Positions 36,277 through 43,561 of a DNA stretch of 51,011 nucleotides are shown one piece after another; the stretch's first letter is position 1, and each line of letters starts with the position of its first letter. Below the pieces are notes generated by a model. It had not been told where the DNA came from. It ran no database searches and saw only the letters and a program-made list of their open reading frames with translations. The translations under genes were made by a program, and so were the position numbers. This DNA is from Candidatus Segetimicrobium genomatis (GTDB lineage: Bacteria; Sysuimicrobiota; Sysuimicrobiia; Sysuimicrobiales; Kaftiobacteriaceae): NCBI GenBank assembly GCA_005882295.1, contig VBAI01000006.1, forward strand, positions 1-51,011, given 5' to 3'.

Positions 36277-36385
36277 GCCAAGTGGGGCGGACGGCGCCAC
36301 TTGGTTGGACCGAGGTCCGCGGTCACGACCGGCGGCGTTCGCCGGCCGTTCGGAGTCCGCCCCGCGCGCCCCCGTCTCACCTGAC
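36277..36385 (-). ncRNA. Conserved GC-rich structured element, copy A (between the propeller-1 stop and the wzz-like start)
   Basis: 36288-36369 aligns with 43568-43648 at about 68 of 82 positions with one 1-nt indel (hand alignment). Contains an 8-bp hairpin, ccaagtgg/ccacttgg. Contains a 9-bp stem, cggccggcg/cgccggtcg, that is maintained in copy B through GC<->GU changes. Confidence 0.5.
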
Positions 36386-36411
36386 CGTCCCCACAAATCA
36401 CGGGCACGCGC

Positions 36412-38331
36412 TCATCGAGGTCCCGCGTCGTGGGCCTGATTGTTCCCCTTCTCGAGGGTTCCGGACACGTCCAGGATGATGAACCCAAATGCGTCCCTGA
36501 TCACGATCCGCGCGGTGTCGCTCGTACCCGGCTCCCCGGCATCGGTGAACGTCCACTCCACCGTGTAACCGCTGACGCCGTTGTAGCGCCCGGTGCCACT
36601 GCCGCGATGTGTATCAAACGACGCGCTCGGTGGATCTGGACTGATGCTCGGATCATCGGAACACGAGGCAGACGAAACCTGCTCGAGGTGGAACCTGTTG
36701 CCGCTCGCCCAGTTGACTTCCAGCGCGTCATGACCTCGGCTGGGCGGACAGAGCAGAACAAAGCCATACGTCACTTTCGTGCCGTCGCTGGCAGAGAGCC
36801 GCCCACCGCCGGTCATCCGGCCGGGCACCGTCCCCCCGGGCGGCGGGGCGGTGATGGCTCCACTGTGGAATTCGAAGTGCTTGTTGCCTTTCAGGTACGC
36901 GCCAGCGATCCGTTGTGTCGCGTACACTCCCGTCAGGCCCGATGGGAACCCGTTGCCGGCATCCCCGATCGGCGTCCCATCGACAGACAGCAGTGGATTG
37001 GGCATCGGCGAGAACCGCTGGATCCCCGACCCGCCCACCGGCGTGACCTGGTGCACAGTGGGGACGATCGCCGTCCGCAGGGGAGACACCTCCTCGTCGA
37101 ACATCCTGGCAATCACCTTGACCACAGGCGTCGAAAACGTCTGGGCCGCGACGATGGTGCAGACACGGTTCGGGAAGGACGCCTGGTCGGCCTCGGCCTG
37201 CGTCAGCACGCTGACGGAGTTCCCGTTTCCTTCTGTGAAGACGACTTGCAGCTGGTCGCCTGACCCCACGGTCACAATCTGCTGAGGATTACTCAGCCCC
37301 GGGGTGGTGTATTCGCAAATCTCGTTGCCGCTGAGCCGCCCGATCTTGCCGGAGTTGGATTCGGAAAACCAGATGTTCCCGTTCGCATCTGCGGTAATGA
37401 TCCCGTTTGGGTTTTGTTCGCTCTCACTCATGAACAGAGGCGGCCTGATGAAGGCGGGCTGGGTTGGGATCGGCCAGATGCTGATCGTGTCGTCCGCTGT
37501 GCCGAGAATCCCGTCCGCACCGAGGTTCACCCGCACAATGCCGTCTCCGAACACGGAGGAGGTGACGGTGGCGTATGGGCGGCCCGCCGGGTCGATCGTG
37601 ACGTAGCTCGGGTTCCCGCAGCTCGCGCCACCGCTGCCACACGATCCCCCGAAGTTCCATACCGTGGCTTCCGCTGTCGGGGGGTGGACCCGGCTGATGC
37701 GGCCTTCCCACGGCTGGGCCAGAAAGACGTCCCCCGAGGCCTCGTCAACCTCGACCCCAAACACCTGTGAGGTCGGCGGCAGCAATCCATTGTCCGTCGC
37801 ATAAGAACGGAAGCAGTCAGTCCCGGCGAGGTGCACATACAAAGGTTCGTTCTGCTGCCCGCCCACCCACACATCGCCCGCGCCGAAGGAGGCCCCGCAG
37901 GGCCCTCCCGCCAGCACGGGCCCACCTCCGCGATTGATATCCACTCCGCCGGGGAACCCGCTGGAAGGCGGCACAGGCATGGTGAGGGAATACCCACCCG
38001 GCATCGTCTTCCCATACCACACAAAGACGTTGCCCTCCGGGTTCCAGTACGAAACCCCGGAAGGTCCTCCGGGATTGGTGCCGCGTGCGTACACGGTCAC
38101 CACGGTCGGAAAACTCGTGCCGTGCCCGGTGAGCCCATCAGGATCCTCCACCGATTCGCCGGGTGTCATCCCCAGGCTGATGGACGGCGGGATGGGGGTG
38201 GCCGTATCCCAGACTTTGACCGTGGCCGCTGGCGGATCCACCGCCGATGCCAGCCTGGTGCCGGCGGAGACACTCATCACCATCACCAGGACCAGCACGG
38301 AAACAACCGCCCGCGCCTTCATCGATCGCAT
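36412..38331 (-). CDS. Secreted Vgb-like/NHL-like beta-propeller protein with an extra C-terminal TGGG...GNNQAH domain (propeller 1)
   Basis: GGAGGA 5 nt upstream of ATG 38331. Signal peptide MRSMKARAVVSVLVLVMVMSVSAG. Repeat ANGNIWFSESNSGKIGRLS resembles streptogramin-lyase-type blades. Clearly paralogous by eye to the 41994-43493 product. The C-terminal 137 aa (36412-36825) are homologous to the 43917-44522 product. Confidence 0.65.
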   Translation of the reverse strand: MRSMKARAVVSVLVLVMVMSVSAGTRLASAVDPPAATVKVWDTATPIPPSISLGMTPGESVEDPDGLTGHGTSFPTVVTVYARGTNPGGPSGVSYWNPEGNVFVWYGKTMPGGYSLTMPVPPSSGFPGGVDINRGGGPVLAGGPCGASFGAGDVWVGGQQNEPLYVHLAGTDCFRSYATDNGLLPPTSQVFGVEVDEASGDVFLAQPWEGRISRVHPPTAEATVWNFGGSCGSGGASCGNPSYVTIDPAGRPYATVTSSVFGDGIVRVNLGADGILGTADDTISIWPIPTQPAFIRPPLFMSESEQNPNGIITADANGNIWFSESNSGKIGRLSGNEICEYTTPGLSNPQQIVTVGSGDQLQVVFTEGNGNSVSVLTQAEADQASFPNRVCTIVAAQTFSTPVVKVIARMFDEEVSPLRTAIVPTVHQVTPVGGSGIQRFSPMPNPLLSVDGTPIGDAGNGFPSGLTGVYATQRIAGAYLKGNKHFEFHSGAITAPPPGGTVPGRMTGGGRLSASDGTKVTYGFVLLCPPSRGHDALEVNWASGNRFHLEQVSSASCSDDPSISPDPPSASFDTHRGSGTGRYNGVSGYTVEWTFTDAGEPGTSDTARIVIRDAFGFIILDVSGTLEKGNNQAHDAGPR

Positions 38332-38382
38332 GAGAATCCTCCAGAGAGGAAGCCAACGTCCTTGCATGCGTGACCCGTGCAT

Positions 38383-38398
38383 CTGGATATTTATCCAG
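38383..38398. promoter_or_regulatory. AT-rich perfect palindrome CTGGATA-TT-TATCCAG between the nusG-like gene and propeller 1
   Basis: Read directly at 38383-38398. The half-site GGATATTT resembles the GATATTTCC box of the recurring promoter-like module. Confidence 0.35.
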
Positions 38399-38461
38399 GG
38401 CATCCGGGTGCCCCAATCGGGTGAATCCCGGCATCGCCGGATGAAAAGGTCCCTATGGCAT

Positions 38462-39088
38462 TCAGGTGGGGACCACATCGGTGCAGTCCACTTCTACGGC
38501 AACGCTTTGCTGCAGCAGCGCCACGGAGAGCACGAGCAGGCCCCGGCGCGGGTCCTGCCGCACCAGGATGCCCTGCACATCAGCCAGCGGCCCGCGGATG
38601 ATGCGGACACGCTGTCCTTCTTGCAAATAGGCGTGCGGGAGGACGGGAAGACGGGCTCCGACCACAGTTTGCACCGCCTCAATTTCCTGATCCGGTACGG
38701 CAGACAGGCGGTCCCAGCGCTCACCCAGAATGGCGACCAGCCCCCGGGCCTTTCGCACCTCGATGTAGTGAGCCTTGTCCATGGCAGACCGCAGGAACAA
38801 ATATCCGGAAAACATCGGCACCCGGATGCGCCGCCGCGCTCCTCCGCGCCGCGACCACACCTCCACGGTGGGCAGGAACAACTCAAACCCCCGCGCGATG
38901 AGCTGGTCGTAGACCAGTCGCTCGCAGTGACTACGAGTCCATAACGCATACCATCGCGAGCCCGCGACAGGCGTGGCCTCGGCGAGATCATAGCGTCCGG
39001 GATGTGATGGTGTGATAGAAGTCGCAACTGGCAAGGCTTCGCCCCCTTCGGTTCGCGCCGTATCGGGCTCAAACCGAGTCGTCACCAT
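38462..39088 (-). CDS. NusG/RfaH-family transcription antiterminator paralogue (NGN + KOW)
   Basis: NGN-like WYALWTRSHCERLVYDQLIARGFELFLPTVEVWSRR...PMFSGYLFLR. KOW-like LQEGQRVRIIRGPLADVQGILV. Start uncertain: ATG 39088, or the ORF is open to GTG 39151. Confidence 0.75.
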   Translation of the reverse strand: MVTTRFEPDTARTEGGEALPVATSITPSHPGRYDLAEATPVAGSRWYALWTRSHCERLVYDQLIARGFELFLPTVEVWSRRGGARRRIRVPMFSGYLFLRSAMDKAHYIEVRKARGLVAILGERWDRLSAVPDQEIEAVQTVVGARLPVLPHAYLQEGQRVRIIRGPLADVQGILVRQDPRRGLLVLSVALLQQSVAVEVDCTDVVPT

Positions 39089-39248
39089 AGCGAATTTATT
39101 TTTCCCACAGAGTCTGCTCTCGACAATGACCGAGTCGCCGCTGGATTCCACGCGGCGGCAGGGAGAGCGCCCCTGGTCAAACGAGGTGAGGGACTCGAGA
39201 GCAGGCTGTGATTCCAGATGCGCACGCCGAAAGGCTCACTGCCTACAC

Positions 39249-39343
39249 GATATTTCCCCGCGGACCGCCTCAAAATCGGGTCGGCGCCGAGATGGATGCC
39301 GGGAAAAGACCTGATGTGAACATGGGGAAACACCTGATGTGGG
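39249..39343 (-). promoter_or_regulatory. Promoter-like module, copy 1 (upstream of the nusG-like operon head, in the divergent intergenic region)
   Basis: Plus strand: GATATTTCCCC at 39249. GGGAAAAGACCTGATGTGA at 39301. GGGGAAACACCTGATGTGG at 39324. Boxes are 23 bp apart and the first box lies 53 bp from the GATATTT box. Confidence 0.55.
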
Positions 39344-39536
39344 ATCTCTCATTGGATAGCGCCCGGTGATGGTCGGGGGAGTCCCCATCAGGTGCTGAAC
39401 CGCCTGATCCTCGGCAGTTTTCTCCGGCTCACCCCGCAGGCTCTGTGGGAAAAAGACCCTAGTGGAGATAGGCAGCCATGAGGCGCCAGCTCCACTGGTG
39501 AGGGCGGGGGCGTCTGTGGAGGGTTGGTAGTCTGTT

Positions 39537-40757
39537 GTGGTCCCCAAGGCATTCGATGCACTGGTGCTTGACGCACGGTTGAGGCAGGCGCTCGTCGCGG
39601 TGCGCTCCCTTGGCCGGCGGCACCTTGCGGTCGCCGCACTAGAGAATTCCAGCGCCCCGCCGGCGTTCTGGTCCCGGTGGTGCCGGCAAGGATTTGCCTG
39701 CCAGGCGGACGACGCCAGCCCTGGCTATCTGGCCTATCTTGAGCAGGTGCTGGAACGTATGGGCGTGGGCGTGCTGATTCCCTCGGCCGATGGCACGATC
39801 GCGCTGCTCCGCCGGCACCGCGCGCGGCTGGACGCGCGCGTACGGATTGCGCTGGCGGACGAGCCATCGCTGGCCGTTGTGGTGAACAAAGAGCGCACCC
39901 TGGCGATGGCGAGGCATCTGGGGATCGGTGTCCCGCCGAGCGTTGTCGTCGGCACGGCGAGTGAGGTGCCGGCCGCTCTGAACGAGATTGGTCTTCCGGC
40001 AGTCGTGAAGCCCAACGAGTCATGGGCCGAGGGTGTGGGGACGCGAGTCGTGTCCCAGCTCGTCACCACCCCTGGCGAAGCCCACCGTGCCGTCGAGGCA
40101 TTGACGCGCGCGGGGGGCGTCACGCTGCTCCAGCCCCTGCTCTCGGGAAGGCGCGAGGCCGTCAGCCTCCTGTACGCCCGCGGGCGGATCTACGCGCGCT
40201 TCGCGCAATGGGCAAAACGAACCCGACCGCCGCTGGGGGGAGAATCGATTGTGCGCCAGAGCATCGCCGTCCCCGCTGACATTGGCCGTCAGGCCGAACA
40301 GCTGGTCCGGGAACTCGACCTTGAAGGCTATTGCGAGGTCGAGTTCCGGCGTGACGGGACCGGCGTGCCCTACCTGATGGAGATCAACCCGCGACTCTCG
40401 GCATCCGTGGAGATCGCGGTGCGGTCGGGAGTTGACTTCCCGTACCTGCTGTACCAGTGGGCGAGCGGCGGGCCGATTGAGACGGTGACGGGCTATCGGA
40501 CCGGCACCTGGATGCGATATCTGCTCGGCGACATCATGACGACCATCGCCGCAGCCAGGCAGCGGGGGCGGCCAGGTGTGCCGCCACCGGCCCGGGCGAT
40601 GCTGGACTTCGGCCTGGCGTTCTTCCAGCCGATGGGGTACGACTGTGCCGATTGGACCGATCCGCTCCCCGCGGTCAAGGCGGCCGCGAATTTCATGCGT
40701 CAATCGGTCAAGGTCATCGGCCGAACCCTGCCCCGTTCCTGGAAGCAAGTTCTGTGA
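39537..40757 (+). CDS. ATP-grasp family ligase
   Basis: GLPAVVKPNESW, GVTLLQPLLSGRREAVSLLY, and the EVEFRRDGTGVPYLMEINPRLSASVE Mg/ATP-binding motif. GTG start at 39537. Confidence 0.7.
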   Translation: MVPKAFDALVLDARLRQALVAVRSLGRRHLAVAALENSSAPPAFWSRWCRQGFACQADDASPGYLAYLEQVLERMGVGVLIPSADGTIALLRRHRARLDARVRIALADEPSLAVVVNKERTLAMARHLGIGVPPSVVVGTASEVPAALNEIGLPAVVKPNESWAEGVGTRVVSQLVTTPGEAHRAVEALTRAGGVTLLQPLLSGRREAVSLLYARGRIYARFAQWAKRTRPPLGGESIVRQSIAVPADIGRQAEQLVRELDLEGYCEVEFRRDGTGVPYLMEINPRLSASVEIAVRSGVDFPYLLYQWASGGPIETVTGYRTGTWMRYLLGDIMTTIAAARQRGRPGVPPPARAMLDFGLAFFQPMGYDCADWTDPLPAVKAAANFMRQSVKVIGRTLPRSWKQVL

Positions 40758-41977
40758 TGCGTACCCTGAGGATGGACGCGTCGCATCCTTCTCCGCCGGC
40801 GGCGCGGTATGATGCCGTAGTCGTCGGCGCGGGTCCGTACGGTCTGTCCACCGCGGCCCACCTCCTGGAGTCGGGCCTCGCGGTCGCCGTCTTTGGGAAG
40901 ACGGCGGAGATGTGGCACCGCCACATGCCCAAGGGGATGTTCCTGCGATCCCACTGGTGGGCAACCAGCCTTTCCGATCCACGCCGGCGGTTCGGATTCG
41001 ACCGCTTCTTCAGCGACTCTCAATATGAGAAATGTTATCCCGTGCCGCGGGAGGTGTTTCTCGACTACGCGTGCTGGTTCCAGCGCCACGCCGTCCCCAC
41101 TGTCGACAACACCTATGTCTCGTCGGTTGAACGGCGCGGCGACCACTTTCTCGTCACACTGGCCGACGGACGGCAGGTGCACAGCGCGACGGTGATCATG
41201 GCCACGGGTCTCGCCTACTATGCGCACGGGCCGAACCAGTATCGTGATTTGCCCGCAGCGCTTGTCTCGCATTCCAGCGCCCACAGCGACCTCACCCGGT
41301 TCGCGGGACGGCGAGTCATCATCATCGGCGGCGGGCAAAGCGCGGTGGAGTATGCGGCGCTGTGCCGGGAGGCCGGAGCCAGCGTCCATCTCGTCACGCG
41401 TCGACCCATTACCTGGCTGGTCCCAGATCGGCAGAACCGCAGCACGCTGCTGGACCGCATCCTGGCCCCAGACGCCAGCATCGCGCCGGGGTGGAAAAAC
41501 CTGCTGCTGGAAGCCATGCCCTATGCCTTCTACCGTCTCCCCCAGCCGCGCAAAGATCTATGGATCCGCACGTATTACCTCGCCGCCGCCTCCCATTGGT
41601 TGAAAGAGCGCGTGCTCGGCAAGGTCACATTGCACGAAGGCTGTGTGGTGGGGAAGACAGAGCCGCGGGACGGCGAATTCGAGGCGGTCATTTCTGACGG
41701 CACGCGGGTCAGCGCCCATCAGCTGATCCTGGCCACGGGATACCGCGTGGACCTCGGCAGGCTGACGATGCTCCATCCGGCGCTGCGGGCCGAAATTCGC
41801 GCGGACCAGGCCAGCCCGCTGTTGAATCCCTGGTTTGAAAGCAGCGTGCCGGGACTGTACTTTGTCGGACTGACCTCGTTGCGCGCTTTCGGTCCCCTGT
41901 TTCGATTTGTGGCGGGATGCGATGCGACGGCGTGGCGCGTGGCGAGATCCATCGTCCGGACCCGCGCGCGGCGCTAG
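40757..41977 (+). CDS. FAD/NAD(P)-dependent oxidoreductase (flavin monooxygenase-like, two dinucleotide-binding motifs)
   Basis: YDAVVVGAGPYGLSTAAHL and RVIIIGGGQSAVEYAA. ATG at 40757 shares one base with the ATP-grasp TGA (TGATG). Confidence 0.65.
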   Translation: MRTLRMDASHPSPPAARYDAVVVGAGPYGLSTAAHLLESGLAVAVFGKTAEMWHRHMPKGMFLRSHWWATSLSDPRRRFGFDRFFSDSQYEKCYPVPREVFLDYACWFQRHAVPTVDNTYVSSVERRGDHFLVTLADGRQVHSATVIMATGLAYYAHGPNQYRDLPAALVSHSSAHSDLTRFAGRRVIIIGGGQSAVEYAALCREAGASVHLVTRRPITWLVPDRQNRSTLLDRILAPDASIAPGWKNLLLEAMPYAFYRLPQPRKDLWIRTYYLAAASHWLKERVLGKVTLHEGCVVGKTEPRDGEFEAVISDGTRVSAHQLILATGYRVDLGRLTMLHPALRAEIRADQASPLLNPWFESSVPGLYFVGLTSLRAFGPLFRFVAGCDATAWRVARSIVRTRARR

Positions 41978-41993
41978 CCCTCTGGCGCGGATC

Positions 41994-43493
41994 TCAAGGC
42001 GACCCGATGATCGCTCCGCTGGTGACCTCGAAGTGCTTGTTCCCTTTCAGATACGCCCCTGCGATCCGGTTCCCCCCGTAGACGCCCGTGAGGCCCGAGG
42101 GGAAACCATTGCCTGCGTCCCCGCTGGGGGCCCCGCCCAGCGACAGCAACGGGTTGGGCATCGGCGAGAATCGCACGATGCCAGTCCCTGCGTCGATTCC
42201 CGCCACCTGAAAAACTGTCGGGGTGATCACCCATCGCACCGGCGGCACCGTCTGATCGAGCATCGCCGCGGTGGCGAAGAGGACGGGTGTCGCGAAGGTG
42301 GAGGGAGCCACGGGAGTGCAGACGGAGCCGGCCAGATCGGCCTGGGCCTGCGCGAGCACGCTGACGGAGTTGCCATCACCCTCTGTAAAGAGCGCCTGCA
42401 CCTGGCTGGCCGAACCGGTCACCGCGATTTGTTGCGGGTTCAGGAGTCCGGCAGTCGTATACACGCAGATCTGGTCACCGGCTGTCCCCAGCACGCCGGA
42501 GGGGCCGGGACTCAGCCGCCCGATCGCATTCGCATTCGTCATTGCAAACCACATGCTTCCGTTGGCGTCTGCGGCGAGACCATCGGGATTTCCGAACTGC
42601 GCCGATTCTTCGAGGAACATGGGCGGCCGGCGGAACGCGGACACGCCGTTGACGGTGGGGATCGGCCACACGGTGATCGTGTCATCCGCGTCCCCAAGAA
42701 TCCCATCGGTGCCGGGATTCACGCGAATGATGGCGTCCCCGAGGACCGAGCTGTATGAGGTGGTGTAAGGAAGTCCAGCGCGATCCACCGTCACAGACGA
42801 CGGATTACCGCAGGTCGCGCTGTTGCAGGAGTCTCCAAAGTTCCACGCCGTGACGAACCCGTCCGAAGGGTGAACCCGGATGATGCGGCGCTCCCAAGGC
42901 TGCGCGACGTACACGTCCCCCGTCGAGGCATCCACCTTCACGCCCCAGGCCTCCCCGAACGGCCCGGTCAGCCGATTGTCCGCGCCATAGGAGCGGAAGC
43001 AGTCCGTCCCGGCGAGGTGCACGTAGAGGGGTTGGTTCTGCTGCCCACCGACCCACACATCACCCGCGCCGAAGGACGTCCCGCAAGGCCCTCCCGCCAG
43101 TACGGGCCCGCCGCCGCGATTGATATCCACCCCGCCTGGAATCCCCGTAGAGGGGGGCTTCATGGGTTCAGGCGCCGTGGGATCGGGATAGCCGGGATAC
43201 GGACCCGAGCTGGTCACCCCGTACAACACGAACGTGTTGCTGTCAGGGTTCCAGTACACGACCCCGGACGGCGCCCCCGGGTAGGTACTGCGCGCGTAGG
43301 CGGTGACGATGGTGGGCAGAGTGGTGCCGTGTCCGGTCAAACCGGTCGGGTCTTCGAGCGACACACCGGGGGTCAGCCCCAACGGAACGGCCGTATCCCA
43401 GACCTTGACGGTGGCGGGGAGAGCCACCGATGCATAGGTCCATGAGGTAACAAGCAACAACATGACAGATACGAACGTCACCCGTCGCACCAT
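41994..43493 (-). CDS. Secreted Vgb-like/NHL-like beta-propeller protein (propeller 2, lacks the C-terminal domain)
   Basis: GAGGTG 6 nt upstream of ATG 43493 (the ORF is open to GTG 43502). Signal peptide MVRRVTFVSVMLLLVTSWTYASVA. Shares ATVKVWDTA, GIPGGVDINRGGGPVLAGGPCG.SFGAGDVWVGGQQN.PLYVHLAGTDCFRSY and GNGFPSGLTGVY...IAGAYLKGNKHFE with propeller 1. Confidence 0.65.
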   Translation of the reverse strand: MVRRVTFVSVMLLLVTSWTYASVALPATVKVWDTAVPLGLTPGVSLEDPTGLTGHGTTLPTIVTAYARSTYPGAPSGVVYWNPDSNTFVLYGVTSSGPYPGYPDPTAPEPMKPPSTGIPGGVDINRGGGPVLAGGPCGTSFGAGDVWVGGQQNQPLYVHLAGTDCFRSYGADNRLTGPFGEAWGVKVDASTGDVYVAQPWERRIIRVHPSDGFVTAWNFGDSCNSATCGNPSSVTVDRAGLPYTTSYSSVLGDAIIRVNPGTDGILGDADDTITVWPIPTVNGVSAFRRPPMFLEESAQFGNPDGLAADANGSMWFAMTNANAIGRLSPGPSGVLGTAGDQICVYTTAGLLNPQQIAVTGSASQVQALFTEGDGNSVSVLAQAQADLAGSVCTPVAPSTFATPVLFATAAMLDQTVPPVRWVITPTVFQVAGIDAGTGIVRFSPMPNPLLSLGGAPSGDAGNGFPSGLTGVYGGNRIAGAYLKGNKHFEVTSGAIIGSP

Positions 43494-43561
43494 GTGCATC
43501 ACCTCAAGAGGTGCCGTGAGAGTTATTTTCGTGATAGCCTTCTAGGCACTGCCGGACCAGG

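Noticed and set aside
36277-36385. The duplicated element as an ANTAR target (dual hairpins with AxxGxx hexaloops).
   Set aside because: The loops are 5 nt (aacgc versus cccac) and 6-11 nt. They are not conserved between copies and lack the A1/G4 pattern. No overlapping intrinsic terminator with a U-tract was seen.
36258-36488. 76-aa ORF, and the 149-aa ORF at 43504-43953, covering the duplicated GC-rich element. Both contain TKWRRPP.
   Set aside because: The shared peptide merely reflects nucleotide identity. A 1-nt indel between the two copies shifts the frame, so the upstream similarity is not in a common frame. No SD sequence and no family resemblance.
38431-38480. A fifth copy of the GGAAA..CCTG double box inside the 3' end of the nusG-like gene (GATGAAAAGGTCCCTATGG, GGTGGGGACCACATCGG).
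   Set aside because: Similarity is weak for the second box. The distance to the GATATTT half-site is 47 bp rather than 53-54 bp. The sequence is coding.
39322-39369. 15-codon ORF (MGKHLMWDLSLDSAR) upstream of the ATP-grasp gene as a possible graspetide/RiPP precursor.
   Set aside because: It lies about 170 nt from the ligase start and has no SD sequence. It lacks the Thr/Ser plus Asp/Glu core typical of graspetides. It overlaps the repeated CCTGATG boxes, which explain its ATG codons.
41978-41993. Intrinsic terminators at convergent gene ends (1388-1401, 41978-41993, 50312-50337).
   Set aside because: The gaps are 0-26 nt, with no convincing GC hairpin followed by a T-tract on either strand.
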